Assembly: GCA_034439575.1 (NCBI GenBank)
Contig: JAWXAQ010000005.1
Location: 1-64,000 of the forward strand
From: Leptospira sp.
GTDB taxonomy: Bacteria; Spirochaetota; Leptospiria; Leptospirales; Leptospiraceae
Direction of reading: 5' to 3'
DNA length: 64,000 nt
Shown: positions 11,435 through 22,602 of the stretch, one piece after another
Numbering within the stretch: the first letter of the stretch is position 1
Layout: each line of letters starts with the position of its first letter
Notes under the pieces: generated by a model
What the model was told of the DNA's origin: nothing
What the model saw: the letters and a program-made list of their open reading frames with translations, nothing else
Databases searched by the model: none
Program-made: the position numbers and the translations under genes

Positions 11435-12084
11435 TAAGCTTCTTGTTTACTGAGTGTATTATTTGGAATTTCTGGAAGTTTCAATTCTTGCGATTTTGAA
11501 TTGATTGGTTCAGAAATTGTCTCAGTTTTTGGCAATGTTTGCAATGGTGCTGGAACAGATTGCCTTTGTGGTTCTTGTTGAATTTTCAATAATTCCGGAT
11601 CAGATATTAAATTCAACTTACTAACATCTATCATGCGACCACTGACTCGCACATAGGTTTTTCCTTCATTATCAAACATGATAGCTCCAGCAATCCCAGT
11701 AACATCTTCGCCAGTCACTAAATCGGGTCCAGAAACCATTTTCCCGACAACCGAATAACTTTGCTTAGATTCCATCCTTTGTATACCCGATGAAATGTTT
11801 TTCATTTGTTCTAACGATGAAAATTGGGCCATTTGTGCAATGAAGTCTTTATCTTGCACCGGATTTGTAGGATCTTGGTGAGAAAGTTGAGTGAGTAACA
11901 ACTTTAGAAAGTCATCTTTACCTAACTCTTTTTGTTTTTCTCTAATCTCAATTCCCTTCAATCCACTCTTCTCTTCTTTGTCCATTTGATCTAAATGTTT
12001 ACGAATGTTGAATGTTTTTTCATTATCGAGATAACGACTTCGTACTGCATTTTGACTGGATAAATCTTGTATTGAATCAGGCAT
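11425..12084 (-). CDS. flgD: Flagellar hook capping protein
   Basis: [35 protein letters not shown]; start set at ATG 12084 after AAAGGA. Confidence 0.93.
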   Translation of the reverse strand: MPDSIQDLSSQNAVRSRYLDNEKTFNIRKHLDQMDKEEKSGLKGIEIREKQKELGKDDFLKLLLTQLSHQDPTNPVQDKDFIAQMAQFSSLEQMKNISSGIQRMESKQSYSVVGKMVSGPDLVTGEDVTGIAGAIMFDNEGKTYVRVSGRMIDVSKLNLISDPELLKIQQEPQRQSVPAPLQTLPKTETISEPINSKSQELKLPEIPNNTLSKQEAYKD

Positions 12085-12094
12085 CTTATTTCCT

Positions 12095-13777
12095 TTATGC
12101 GAACACTTCAAGTCCGCGAGATTTAACTTCCGATCGCGGTTCTGGATTGGATTCAGAATCATCTTCGGAAATTTCCCGTGAAATGGAATTGGTTTCTATT
12201 TCTTCAGCAAATGAATGTTGATTGAATTTTTTATCTGCCAATGTGGAACCAGTATTATCCCAAACATCAACTAACAAAGATTCCAGAGTTAATCCAGATT
12301 CTTTTAAATTTTCTGTCAATTTGGCAATTTCACTAGTTAAAAGAGCTTTCATTTCTTCTGAGTCGACAATCAGCCTACCTTCTACCTTTTCGCCATCTAC
12401 TGTTACGCGAAGAGATAAACGACCATACTCTTTAGGATTCATAATGATTTCAGCAGTGGATTTGCCATTTTGGACAATATCAAAACGAGCTTGTTTTACA
12501 AGGTCATCTAAATTCTTTTGTAAGTCTTGTTTTGAAGGTAAATTGGACTTTTCTAATTTTACATTTTCAGTGTTACGATTAGAAATTTTTGATTCCCCAG
12601 CGAAAGAAAAACCATCTCTATTGGAACTCTGATTTTTATTTCCAGAACCCGCCGAACTCTCTTCTTTTTGTTGTCCTTGCGTTAAAGAAATAGAATTTAC
12701 TAATATAGCTTCATCTTTGGATTTAGGTTTTTCGTTACTAGGAGATTGTTTTTGATCTAGTTTGGCAAATTCACGATCCTTTACACCTAGGCTTCGTATC
12801 ATTTTTTCATTTGTGACGATTGAATCTATATTTGAATTGTTGTTAGATTCTTGTTTATCATTCACTTTTGCTAGAGATTTCTTTCTGGAAGGAATCTCTG
12901 CTTCGAAGGAAACTACCTTTGAATTGTTGGAAAATGTTTGTCTTTGTTCTTGGACATCGCGATTTTGATGTTCTTGTTTGTTTATATCAATTGAATTAGT
13001 TGATATGTTTATTTTATTTTTCGAAGTATCTTTGTCTGATTTTTCGTTTTTTTGTTTTATCTTTGCGAAGTCACCATAGATCACATTTTCTTTTCTCATT
13101 TCAATTTTGTGATTATTAAAATGTAATGATGTATCTATACCTTTTCCCGAATCTTCTCGTTTGGGAGGTTGTATTTCAGTATGATTCGGTTTAATCTCTC
13201 TTTTCTCTTTTTTAAAAAATGATTCTGCAATTTTTTTGGCATCATCGATAAAGTTAGTTGCTTCTTTCGTTTGCCCTGCATACAATTTGTCATTTGATTT
13301 TATCATGGCAAAAGGAAGGCCGACCCTATCGTTTTTTCCTTCTGATTCTAACTTATGTTTTTCATTTTTTAAATTTTGAAAGGATTGAATGTTATTAAAA
13401 AATTCAGTTCCATAAAAATGCAAATTGTCAAATTTTTCTTCGACTTCCTCTTCTTCTAACGTAGAGACATCATCATGATTTTCTATTTCATTATTATCGA
13501 GGTTTGACTCAGATTTGATCTCCAAATCTTCATTATCCTTGTTAGATTCTTCTTTGCTAACATTAGATAAAGGCTGATAAACTTCCAGCTTTTGGATGGA
13601 ATGGGAATTGGTTTCCACACTCTTTGGAGATTCAATATTTTGGACTAAACTATTGGATTCTTGTTTTAAAAAATCACTGAATTTCGTTACCTGTGTTTCA
13701 GAAGGTTTAATACCATCTAACATAGGTAACTTTAAATCAAAATTCAATAGCTTGTTTGGGTCCCGAGAAATGTTCAT
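12095..13777 (-). CDS. fliK: Flagellar hook-length control protein
   Basis: Long low-complexity hydrophilic region plus C-terminal T3S4 domain ([14 protein letters not shown]); directly upstream of flgD-flgE. Confidence 0.88.
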   Translation of the reverse strand: MNISRDPNKLLNFDLKLPMLDGIKPSETQVTKFSDFLKQESNSLVQNIESPKSVETNSHSIQKLEVYQPLSNVSKEESNKDNEDLEIKSESNLDNNEIENHDDVSTLEEEEVEEKFDNLHFYGTEFFNNIQSFQNLKNEKHKLESEGKNDRVGLPFAMIKSNDKLYAGQTKEATNFIDDAKKIAESFFKKEKREIKPNHTEIQPPKREDSGKGIDTSLHFNNHKIEMRKENVIYGDFAKIKQKNEKSDKDTSKNKINISTNSIDINKQEHQNRDVQEQRQTFSNNSKVVSFEAEIPSRKKSLAKVNDKQESNNNSNIDSIVTNEKMIRSLGVKDREFAKLDQKQSPSNEKPKSKDEAILVNSISLTQGQQKEESSAGSGNKNQSSNRDGFSFAGESKISNRNTENVKLEKSNLPSKQDLQKNLDDLVKQARFDIVQNGKSTAEIIMNPKEYGRLSLRVTVDGEKVEGRLIVDSEEMKALLTSEIAKLTENLKESGLTLESLLVDVWDNTGSTLADKKFNQHSFAEEIETNSISREISEDDSESNPEPRSEVKSRGLEVFA

Positions 13778-13799
13778 GGGAAATCTCCTTACAAACTAA

Positions 13800-13826
13800 G
13801 AATCGAACTTCCACAGAATTCCTTGA
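13800..13826 (-). promoter_or_regulatory. Putative sigma28 promoter of fliK-flgD-flgE
   Basis: TCAA-N15-TTCGATTC, upstream of AAGGAG RBS. Confidence 0.4.
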
Positions 13827-13947
13827 GACATTTATCTTCTTTCCTTTACGGAGTATGTCTCATTAGAGAAATATTATCAAAAATCAGCAGATTTAATTTG
13901 GTATGAAATACAAAGAATAGATTGACTTAGCCCGATTGTTTGAAAAA

Positions 13948-14020
13948 ATTGTACAAATATCCAATAAATTGGACAAATACTTCGATTTATTGTAAAAATA
14001 AGAGGACAAATGGACAAATA
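13948..14020 (+). repeat. Four phased 12-bp direct repeats upstream of and overlapping the sbp start
   Basis: ATTGTACAAATA 13948, ATTGGACAAATA 13968, ATTGTAAAAATA 13989, AATGGACAAATA 14009. Confidence 0.6.
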
Positions 14021-15062
14021 TACAGAAAAAAGTCAGTTTTTCAGGTTTTCCACAAGAGCTTTGTCTATGTTAGTCATTTGTCTCATTTTTATTTCACTTC
14101 CCCTATTTTCAGAGACAAGTCTACTGAATGTCTCCTTTGATCCCACGCGCGAATTGTATGATGAATTGAATCAAAAATTTTCCGAGACTTGGAAATTAAA
14201 AACAAAAGAAGAAATCAAGATACAACAATCACACGGTGGATCTGGCAAACAAGCAAGATCGGTCATTGATGGTTTGCAAGCAGATGTAGTCACATTGGCA
14301 CTCGCTTTCGATATCGATAACATTGCCACCAAATCTACATTAGTTGAAAAAAACTGGGAAAAACAATTTCCAAACTCCTCTGTTCCTTATTACTCGACGA
14401 TCATTTTTTTGGTCCGTAAAGGAAATCCAAAACAAATTAAAGATTGGGATGATCTCATTAAACCAGGTGTTAGCATCATCACTCCAAATCCAAAAACATC
14501 TGGTGGTGCTCGGTGGAATTATTTGGCCGCCTATGGATTTGCTAAGCGCAAATTCAATTCTGAAGACAAAGCAAGAGAATTTATAAAGAAAATATATCAA
14601 AATACATCTATTTTGGATACTGGGGCCAGAGCTTCCACTACGACTTTCGTGAAACGAGGGATAGGTGATGTTCTTATTTCTTGGGAAAATGAAGCGGAAC
14701 TTGCAATTGCTGAATCAAATAAAAATGGTAAAGCTGATTTTGAAATTGTTTACCCAAAAGAAAGTATCAAAGCTGAAACACCGGTTGCAATTGTCACAGG
14801 GGTGGCAAAGAAAAAGGGTACATTACTTATAGCAAAAAGTTATCTCGAATTTTTATATACGAAAGAAGGCCAAGAAATTGTTGCTAAACATTTTTTTCGC
14901 CCAATAGACGCTTCTGTATTTAAGAAACATAGTTTAAAATTTCCTAATATTAAACTTTTCACCATTCATGAAATTGAGGGCAATTGGTCAGATACTCATA
15001 AAAAACATTTTTCCGATGGTGGATTATTTGATTTAATTTATGTGAATTCGAGCAAAAAATAA
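14010..15062 (+). CDS. sbp: Sulfate ABC transporter substrate-binding protein
   Basis: [43 protein letters not shown]. Confidence 0.93.
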   Translation: MDKYTEKSQFFRFSTRALSMLVICLIFISLPLFSETSLLNVSFDPTRELYDELNQKFSETWKLKTKEEIKIQQSHGGSGKQARSVIDGLQADVVTLALAFDIDNIATKSTLVEKNWEKQFPNSSVPYYSTIIFLVRKGNPKQIKDWDDLIKPGVSIITPNPKTSGGARWNYLAAYGFAKRKFNSEDKAREFIKKIYQNTSILDTGARASTTTFVKRGIGDVLISWENEAELAIAESNKNGKADFEIVYPKESIKAETPVAIVTGVAKKKGTLLIAKSYLEFLYTKEGQEIVAKHFFRPIDASVFKKHSLKFPNIKLFTIHEIEGNWSDTHKKHFSDGGLFDLIYVNSSKK

Positions 15063-15064
15063 AA

Positions 15065-15895
15065 ATGGTTTCGATCCAAACAAAACCTTATACAAAAGTT
15101 CATTTTGGTTTAAGTTTAGGAATTACTGTATTCTATCTTAGCCTAATGGTGGTTATTCCTCTTCTCGGATTGTTTTTTTCCACCGCGAAAATTGGGATCA
15201 CTGGTATTTTTGAAGTTTTTACTGAAGATCGCATACGTGATGCCCTATATTTAAGTTTTTATGTGGGTTTTGTTTCTGCCATTATCAATATGTTTATCGG
15301 ATTCACCTTTGTTTGGGTTTTGGTTCGTTATGAATTCCCTGGTAAAAAATTAATTGATACTTTGGTGGATTTACCTTTTACATTGCCGACAGCCGTTGCA
15401 GGGATTGCCTTGACTACCATTTACTCACAAAATGGCTGGATTGGAAAACTATTTGAACCTTTAGGTATTAAAATTGCTTATACACCAACCGGGATCATCA
15501 TTGCTCTCGTATTTATCGGTTTTCCCTTTGTCGTCAGAACCGTACAACCCGTGTTAGAAGATTTGCCCAAGGAATTGGAAGAAGGTGCAAGATGTCTCGG
15601 AGCCACACCTTTCACGACTTTTAGAAAAGTTATCTTTCCTGAACTCTGGCCTTCAATTCTATCAGGGACGGGCATGGCTTTTGCGCGGGGGATCGGTGAA
15701 TATGGAAGTGTTGTATTTATTTCAGGCAATATACCTGGAAAAACAGAAATCCTACCACTTCTCATTATCACCAAACTCGAACAATACGAGTATGCAAAGG
15801 CGACTGGTATCGCCGTTGTCATGTTAGTGATTTCATTTTTAATTATGTTTTTGATTAATATCTTACAAAATCGAGCTTCAAGGAGATTGGCATGA
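15065..15895 (+). CDS. cysT: Sulfate ABC transporter permease CysT
   Basis: [24 protein letters not shown]-type loop, FARGIGEYG. Confidence 0.93.
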   Translation: MVSIQTKPYTKVHFGLSLGITVFYLSLMVVIPLLGLFFSTAKIGITGIFEVFTEDRIRDALYLSFYVGFVSAIINMFIGFTFVWVLVRYEFPGKKLIDTLVDLPFTLPTAVAGIALTTIYSQNGWIGKLFEPLGIKIAYTPTGIIIALVFIGFPFVVRTVQPVLEDLPKELEEGARCLGATPFTTFRKVIFPELWPSILSGTGMAFARGIGEYGSVVFISGNIPGKTEILPLLIITKLEQYEYAKATGIAVVMLVISFLIMFLINILQNRASRRLA

Positions 15896-16704
15896 ACATA
15901 AAAACATTTTCATTCACCAAATGGCTCTTAATATTTATAGTTTATTTTTTTACTGCAATCATACTTATTTTGCCAATAGTAACTGTATTTCAAGAAGCCT
16001 TGGCAAACGGAGTGGATGGTTATCTTAATGCTCTAAAGGACGAAGATACTATATCTGCATTTTTACTTACAATTAAGGTTTCCGCTATTGCAGTCCCCGC
16101 CAATACTTTGTTTGGTTTTCTTGCAGCTTTTACTGTTACCAGATTTAATTTTCCGGGAAAAAACACGATCCTTACAATTATTGATTCTCCTTTTGCGGTA
16201 TCGCCTGTGATTTCAGGTTTGATTTTTCTTTTGATCTTTGGCAAACAAGGATGGATGAGTGATACCTTAGAACAATTTGATATCCAAATAGTTTTTAACA
16301 CACCAGGTCTTGTCATTGCCACTATGTTTATCACTTTACCATTTGTGGCGAGAGAACTGATTCCACTGATGCAAAGTCAGGGTAAGGAAGAAGAAGAAGC
16401 GAGCCTCTTACTCGGTGCCAATTTTTTCCAAACCTTAAAAAGAGTTATTTTACCCAATGTCAAATGGGGTCTGTTATATGGAATTATTCTTTGTAATGCG
16501 AGAGCCATGGGAGAATTTGGTGCTGTGTCTGTTCTTTCGGGACACATACGTGGCAAAACAAATACATTGCCCTTGCAAATAGAAATGTTGTACAATGAAT
16601 ATAATTCTGTTGGTGCTTTTACAGCTGCTTCATTATTAGTATTCTTATCATTTTTAACATTGTTTCTAAAACTTTTAATGGAAAAAAATATCCAAAAAAA
16701 ATAA
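15892..16704 (+). CDS. cysW: Sulfate ABC transporter permease CysW
   Basis: [30 protein letters not shown]. Confidence 0.93.
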   Translation: MNIKTFSFTKWLLIFIVYFFTAIILILPIVTVFQEALANGVDGYLNALKDEDTISAFLLTIKVSAIAVPANTLFGFLAAFTVTRFNFPGKNTILTIIDSPFAVSPVISGLIFLLIFGKQGWMSDTLEQFDIQIVFNTPGLVIATMFITLPFVARELIPLMQSQGKEEEEASLLLGANFFQTLKRVILPNVKWGLLYGIILCNARAMGEFGAVSVLSGHIRGKTNTLPLQIEMLYNEYNSVGAFTAASLLVFLSFLTLFLKLLMEKNIQKK

Positions 16705-16708
16705 TATC

Positions 16709-17773
16709 ATGTCCATCGAAATAAAAAACATACACAAAAACTTTGGCTCCTTTGAAGCTCTATCAAATGTTAATATCAACATTGAACATGGGAAGCTCGT
16801 TGCCCTACTCGGCCCAAGTGGCAGTGGCAAAACTACCTTACTTAGAATTATAGCAGGATTGGAAACACCTGACTCTGGTGAGGTGATTTTTCATGACAAC
16901 AACAATCAATCGTCAAAACTTAGCAATGGAGATGTTGGGTTTGTATTCCAACATTATGCTCTGTTTCGACATATGAATATTTTCGAAAATGTTGCATTCG
17001 GATTGAAAGTTAGGCCTAAAAAAATTCGACCTTCAAATAAAGAAATTGAAGAGAAAGTGAATTCTCTTCTAAAATTGGTCCAATTAGAAAATTTTCAAAA
17101 AAGATATCCTAGTGAATTGTCGGGAGGCCAAAGACAAAGAGTAGCTCTTGCTCGTGCATTGGCCATTGAACCAAAATTTTTATTATTAGATGAACCATTT
17201 GGGGCCTTAGATGCCAAAGTAAGAAAAGAATTAAGAACTTGGTTACGGCGGTTACACGACGAAATTCATATAACGAGCGTTTTTGTAACGCACGACCAAG
17301 AGGAAGCCTTAGAAGTAAGCGATTCTATAGTTATTCTTCGATCCGGAAAAGTCGAACAAATTGGTAGCCCTGATGAAGTATATAACAAACCAAAAACTCC
17401 ATTTGTTTTTCACTTCCTTGGAGATGTAAATTTATTTCACGGTCGCATCCAAGAAGGCAAAGCCATTGTCGGCAATATGGATGTGGATTCTCAAGAGCTA
17501 ACAGGCATTTCTGATACTACTGCGGTCGCCTATGTTCGCCCATACGATGTAGAAATTGTTCGCACAAAAGACCAAGGTATACCCGCTGAAATTCAATACA
17601 TTCATTCAACAGGTAGAAATGTACGAGTGGAATTGAAACGTTTGGATACGGGTACTTTAATTGAATCTGTTTTGGAACAAGAAGTATTTCGCGAAATGAA
17701 TTTACTTCCAGGTGAGAGTGTTTTTTTAAGAATCAAAAAAGCGAAAGTATATGTGGATGATTTCTCGATCTAA
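16709..17773 (+). CDS. cysA: Sulfate ABC transporter ATP-binding protein
   Basis: [33 protein letters not shown]. Confidence 0.95.
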   Translation: MSIEIKNIHKNFGSFEALSNVNINIEHGKLVALLGPSGSGKTTLLRIIAGLETPDSGEVIFHDNNNQSSKLSNGDVGFVFQHYALFRHMNIFENVAFGLKVRPKKIRPSNKEIEEKVNSLLKLVQLENFQKRYPSELSGGQRQRVALARALAIEPKFLLLDEPFGALDAKVRKELRTWLRRLHDEIHITSVFVTHDQEEALEVSDSIVILRSGKVEQIGSPDEVYNKPKTPFVFHFLGDVNLFHGRIQEGKAIVGNMDVDSQELTGISDTTAVAYVRPYDVEIVRTKDQGIPAEIQYIHSTGRNVRVELKRLDTGTLIESVLEQEVFREMNLLPGESVFLRIKKAKVYVDDFSI

Positions 17774-17857
17774 ACCAATCGAAGATGGAATTGTTAGATA
17801 ATAACCAATATAGTTTACAGAATATACAATATAGAACACATTGATAAGGGAAATACT

Positions 17858-18592
17858 ATGACAATCACAGAAACACAAAATCTAAACTCTGAACTAGCGG
17901 ATCTCTCCTTAGATAAGTGTCTTTTGAAAATTGATGAGATGTATGGAAAAAAGGCAGTCTTTACCACGAGTTTCGGTTTAGAAGACCAAGCCATAACACA
18001 TGCTATATTTACACAAAACCTCTCGATTCGGGTGGTGACTTTAGATACAGGCCGTTTGTTTCGAGAAACGTATGAACTGCACAGAAACACATTGTTACGT
18101 TATAACAAACAAATTGAAACTTATTTTCCACAAGCCTCTGATCTCGAACCATTTTTATTAAAAAATGGACCAGATTCTTTTTATTCATCCATTGAACAGA
18201 GAAAGGAATGTTGCCATATTCGAAAAGTAATTCCCTTAGAACGAGCGCTTGTTGGTGCTAAAATTTGGATTACAGGAATTCGCAGTGAGCAATCAGGTAA
18301 CAGAAGTGATATGCCAAAAGTAGAACTCGATTCTGCGAAAAATATCCATAAAGTTCACCCTATTCTAAACTGGACTTGGGAAAACACTTGGGATTATATA
18401 CGTAGTAACAATATTCCTTACAACACATTACACGACAAAGGTTATCCAAGTATTGGTTGCGCTCCTTGCACCCGCGCGATTGAACCAGGTGAAGATTTTA
18501 GAGCTGGTCGATGGTGGTGGGAAAATGAAGATACCAAAGAATGTGGTCTCCACTGGGTTGATGGAAAACTTACACCCAAAAAGGCAAAATAA
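17858..18592 (+). CDS. cysH: Adenylylsulfate (APS)-type reductase
   Basis: LDTGRLF, ECCHIRK, SIGCAPCT, C-terminal ECGLH; CC..CxxC marks the Fe-S APS reductase type. Confidence 0.92.
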   Translation: MTITETQNLNSELADLSLDKCLLKIDEMYGKKAVFTTSFGLEDQAITHAIFTQNLSIRVVTLDTGRLFRETYELHRNTLLRYNKQIETYFPQASDLEPFLLKNGPDSFYSSIEQRKECCHIRKVIPLERALVGAKIWITGIRSEQSGNRSDMPKVELDSAKNIHKVHPILNWTWENTWDYIRSNNIPYNTLHDKGYPSIGCAPCTRAIEPGEDFRAGRWWWENEDTKECGLHWVDGKLTPKKAK

Positions 18593-18595
18593 ATT

Positions 18596-19504
18596 ATGAA
18601 TACATATAAAAAACTATCCCACTTACAACAGTTAGAAGCCGAATCAATTTATATCTTAAGAGAAGTGGCGGCCCAATTTGAAAGGCCAGCACTTTTATTT
18701 TCAGGAGGAAAAGATTCAATCACATTAGTTCATTTAGCTTTGAAAGCATTCCGTCCTGGTAAATTTCCTTTTCCACTCGTGCATATAGACACAGGTCACA
18801 ATTTTCAAGAAGCACTCGATTTTAGAGACCATTTGGCTGAGAAAATTGGTGAAAAGTTAATCGTACGCTATGTTCAAGATTCAATAGACCAAGGTAAAGC
18901 TGTCGAAGAAAAAGGAAAATTTCCCAGCCGAAATGGAATTCAGACAGTTACCTTACTCGATACCATCGCCGAATTTAAGTTTGATGCTTGTATTGGTGGA
19001 GCACGCCGGGATGAGGAAAAAGCCAGAGCTAAAGAAAGGGTATTTTCCGTAAGAGATGAGTTTGGTGGCTGGGATCCGAAATTACAAAGGCCAGAACTTT
19101 GGAATATATATAATGGCAAAATTCATGTAGGTGAAAATGTAAGAGTTTTCCCAATTAGTAATTGGACTGAACTTGATGTTTGGGAATACATTCGAACAGA
19201 AAATATTGAACTTCCATCTTTATACTTTTCCCACAAACGAGAAATAGTTTGGAGAGAAAATGTTGTTTTTCCCGTTTCCAAATTTATCACACTTGATGCG
19301 AGTGATAAGGTAGAAGAAAAAACAGTTCGGTTTAGAACCGTAGGCGATATGACTTGCACAGCGGCCGTTGAGTCAGAAGCGAATCACATAGACGACATTA
19401 TACGAGAAATTCAAGTTTCAAGAACAACGGAACGTGGCTCTAGGTTAGACGACAAAAGATCTGAGGCCGCCATGGAAGAAAGAAAACGTGGAGGTTATTT
19501 TTAA
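18596..19504 (+). CDS. cysD: Sulfate adenylyltransferase subunit 2
   Basis: FSGGKDS, GGARRDEEKARAKER, RFRTVGD. Confidence 0.96.
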   Translation: MNTYKKLSHLQQLEAESIYILREVAAQFERPALLFSGGKDSITLVHLALKAFRPGKFPFPLVHIDTGHNFQEALDFRDHLAEKIGEKLIVRYVQDSIDQGKAVEEKGKFPSRNGIQTVTLLDTIAEFKFDACIGGARRDEEKARAKERVFSVRDEFGGWDPKLQRPELWNIYNGKIHVGENVRVFPISNWTELDVWEYIRTENIELPSLYFSHKREIVWRENVVFPVSKFITLDASDKVEEKTVRFRTVGDMTCTAAVESEANHIDDIIREIQVSRTTERGSRLDDKRSEAAMEERKRGGYF

Positions 19505-20736
19505 TGGATATGTTACGATTTATCACAGCAGGAAGTGTGGACGACGGAAAGTCTACATTGATCGGGCGATTGCTTTATGATAGTAAATCTGTATTCCAAG
19601 ACCAACTTGATGCGCTAGAAAGAGCAGAACAAGTGAACGGCGAAATCAACTTAGCTTTGTTAACCGATGGTCTCAAAGCAGAAAGAGAACAGGGAATCAC
19701 GATAGATATTGCATATAAATATTTCTCCACCCCAAAAAGAAAATTTATCATAGCGGATGCACCAGGACATATCCAATATACCAGGAATATGGTGACGGGT
19801 GCCTCTAACTCAGACTTAGCGATCATCCTCATTGATGCACGTAAGGGGGTGATTGAACAAACTTATCGTCACTCTTATATAACATCCTTATTGCGAATTC
19901 CCTACGTTGTGGTCTGCGTCAATAAAATGGACTTAGTCGAATTTTCAGAAGCTAGATTTGAAGAAATTAAAAAACAATACTTAGAATTTGCCAAAGATCT
20001 AAACATTAAATCTATCGAATTTTTGCCTATCTCCGCATTACGAGGAGACAATGTTGTTGATCAATCTAAAGATATGCCTTGGTGGAAAGGAAAAACCTTG
20101 CTCGGATTTTTAGAAGAAGTAGAAATTGAATCTAAAGAAGAAGAAACTCATCCTCGTTTCCCAGTACAATATGTGATTCGTCCGCAAACTACGGAGCATC
20201 ACGATTACAGAGGTTATGCGGGGCAGATCCGTAGTGGGGAATTTAAAGTTGGTGACGCTGTTACTGTATTACCTTCTGGATTAAAATCAAAGATCAAAAA
20301 AATTGATAGTTATGAAGGAAATTTAACTATAGCGCATGCTCCTATGTCGATCACGATCCTACTTGAAGATGATATCGATGTCAGTCGGGGTGATATGATT
20401 GTCCCTTCAAATAATGAACCAAAAGTATCACAAGACTTATCAGCGGATATTTGTTGGATGGATGCAAAGCCTTTGTTAGTTGGAAATAAGTATTTATTTC
20501 GTCAAACCACCGGAGCCGTAAAATCTGCGGTAAAAGAAATTAGTTTTCGTGTAGATACACAAACTCATAATAAACTAGATGTTACAAATTTAGAATTAAA
20601 TCAGATTGGTAGAATTGTTATCCGAACTGCAAAGCCTATCGCCTACGATTCTTATGCGGAAATCAGAGGGACTGGAAGTTTTGTCTTAGTAGATGAAGGT
20701 ACAAATCAAACCGTAGCCGCTGGGATGTTACTATAA
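19504..20736 (+). CDS. cysN: Sulfate adenylyltransferase subunit 1 (no fused APS kinase)
   Basis: GSVDDGKSTLIGRLL, EREQGITID, DAPGH, NKMD; ends at TVAAGMLL. Confidence 0.96.
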   Translation: MDMLRFITAGSVDDGKSTLIGRLLYDSKSVFQDQLDALERAEQVNGEINLALLTDGLKAEREQGITIDIAYKYFSTPKRKFIIADAPGHIQYTRNMVTGASNSDLAIILIDARKGVIEQTYRHSYITSLLRIPYVVVCVNKMDLVEFSEARFEEIKKQYLEFAKDLNIKSIEFLPISALRGDNVVDQSKDMPWWKGKTLLGFLEEVEIESKEEETHPRFPVQYVIRPQTTEHHDYRGYAGQIRSGEFKVGDAVTVLPSGLKSKIKKIDSYEGNLTIAHAPMSITILLEDDIDVSRGDMIVPSNNEPKVSQDLSADICWMDAKPLLVGNKYLFRQTTGAVKSAVKEISFRVDTQTHNKLDVTNLELNQIGRIVIRTAKPIAYDSYAEIRGTGSFVLVDEGTNQTVAAGMLL

Positions 20737-20868
20737 GAAGAAATCGTATCTATAATATCATGAATACGATTTAATATTTAATTTAATTAATACTATCAAT
20801 TTAAGAATTAAAGTTAATTTCAAAGAACAATTTTGAGTACATTTTATACAAAGATTTTATTTTGAAAT

Positions 20869-20915
20869 TTACTTCTAAGTATAAATTTACCTGTAGTCTA
20901 TATACTTAGAAGTAA
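20869..20915. repeat. Perfect 15-bp inverted repeat next to the cysI stop (possible terminator or 3' hairpin)
   Basis: TTACTTCTAAGTATA-17 nt-TATACTTAGAAGTAA. Confidence 0.6.
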
Positions 20916-20922
20916 CATCTGA

Positions 20923-22593
20923 CTATTTAAGAATTCCTGATTTATAAATAAAATCACCAAAAGATTCTTTGGCATTGCGTTCTTTCGAAAACTTTCCGAG
21001 TAATAAATCAAGTTCATTTAATATTTGTTCTTCGGTGAGATTGTCTTTAAATTTTTGGTTCAATCTAGTCCCTTCCCAATCGGCACCGAGATGAAGGTTG
21101 TATTTTCCGTATGCAGTACCTACAAGCCCAATCTCAGCAATGTACGGTCTAGCACAGCCATTGGGACAACCTGTCATTCGAATGGTGATAGGTTCATTCT
21201 TCAGACTATATTTCATTAAGATACCTTCTATCTTATCAACAAGAGTTGGTAGATATCTTTGTGCTTCTGCTAGTGCCAAAGGACAAGTGCTAAGCGCGAC
21301 GCAAGCCATAGAATTTTTTCTTATCGGTGAGGCTTCAAGAGTCTTTTTTGTAATTCCATATTTGTCCAGAATTGATTCGATTAAGGTTTTATCTTTTGGA
21401 AGGATATCTGACAAAATCAAGTTTTGATTGCAAGTAAATCGAAACATAGCTCGTCTAGTTTTCGAAACTTCTAAAAGTGCAGTCTTTAATAAATAATCCG
21501 CTTCATCCAATACTCTGCCGTTTTCTACGAACAAAGTATAATGCCAGTTACCTGCTTTATCTTGCATCCAACCGAATTCATCGGTTCTTGTATTAAACTT
21601 AAAATCTTTTGGAGGTAAAAATGTAATTTCTGATCTCTTTTCAACTTCTTTTTTATAAAAGTCTACACCTACACGGTCCAAAGTATATTTCAAACGAGAG
21701 AGTTTTCTATCTTCTCGATTTCCATAATCTCTTTGAACTGTTACAATTTCATATACTACTTTTAAAATATCTTTTTTGGGCACATAACCAATCACAGTTG
21801 CCAAACGAGGATACGTCTCAGTATTTCCATGAGTTGTTCCGAGGCCACCACCGATTGCTACATTAAATCCCTTCAACTCATCATTTTCGATAATAGCGAT
21901 AAGTCCGATATCATTTGTAAACACATCCACGTCGTTATGTGGTGGAATTCCAATCGCAATCTTAAATTTTCTTGGAAGGTAAATATCTTTGTACAATGGA
22001 TCAACTGGCTCTTCTTTTTCCGCCAATTGTTTTTCATCTAACCAAATTTCATAATAAGCTCTTGTTTTTGGAAGCAAATTGCGACTAATTTCGCCCGCAT
22101 AACTAAAGACTTCTTTGTGTAATGGTGACGCAGTAGGATTTGAAGTACAAGTAACATTCCGATTCACATCACCACAAGCCGCGATAGAATCCAAAAAAAC
22201 TTGATCAAAGGCTTTGATCGTTGGCTTGATTTGGGTTTTTAAAATTCCATGTAATTGTACTGTTTGGCGAGTTGTAATTTTAATTGTACCAGTGGAATTT
22301 TCGCCCGCAACATTGTGAAGTGATTCCCAATGCACAGGTCCAATCATACCACCAGGAATTCGCAAACGGATCATAAAAGAATGCAAACGATCTAATTTTT
22401 TCTCTGTTCTTTCTTCGCGTCGGTCCCTATCATCTTGTTGGTACATACCATGAAACTTTAACAAAAGTTGGTCGTCAGATCTAAGTGATCCAGTATGTTC
22501 ATCTTTTAAACTTTCTATCATTGTGCCACGTAATCCGCGGCTTTGTCTTTTTACTCTTTCAGCAAGTGTTTCTTTTTTTTCAGGGGTAGACAT
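20923..22593 (-). CDS. cysI: Sulfite reductase hemoprotein subunit
   Basis: KFHGMYQQDDRD, LPRKFK, ACVALSTC..GCPNGC siroheme/Fe-S ligands. Confidence 0.96.
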   Translation of the reverse strand: MSTPEKKETLAERVKRQSRGLRGTMIESLKDEHTGSLRSDDQLLLKFHGMYQQDDRDRREERTEKKLDRLHSFMIRLRIPGGMIGPVHWESLHNVAGENSTGTIKITTRQTVQLHGILKTQIKPTIKAFDQVFLDSIAACGDVNRNVTCTSNPTASPLHKEVFSYAGEISRNLLPKTRAYYEIWLDEKQLAEKEEPVDPLYKDIYLPRKFKIAIGIPPHNDVDVFTNDIGLIAIIENDELKGFNVAIGGGLGTTHGNTETYPRLATVIGYVPKKDILKVVYEIVTVQRDYGNREDRKLSRLKYTLDRVGVDFYKKEVEKRSEITFLPPKDFKFNTRTDEFGWMQDKAGNWHYTLFVENGRVLDEADYLLKTALLEVSKTRRAMFRFTCNQNLILSDILPKDKTLIESILDKYGITKKTLEASPIRKNSMACVALSTCPLALAEAQRYLPTLVDKIEGILMKYSLKNEPITIRMTGCPNGCARPYIAEIGLVGTAYGKYNLHLGADWEGTRLNQKFKDNLTEEQILNELDLLLGKFSKERNAKESFGDFIYKSGILK

Positions 22594-22602
22594 ATGATAA
22601 CC

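Noticed and set aside
13948-14020. Repeats as a mini-CRISPR
   Set aside because: Units of 12 bp with 8-9 bp spacers are far too short and there are no cas genes
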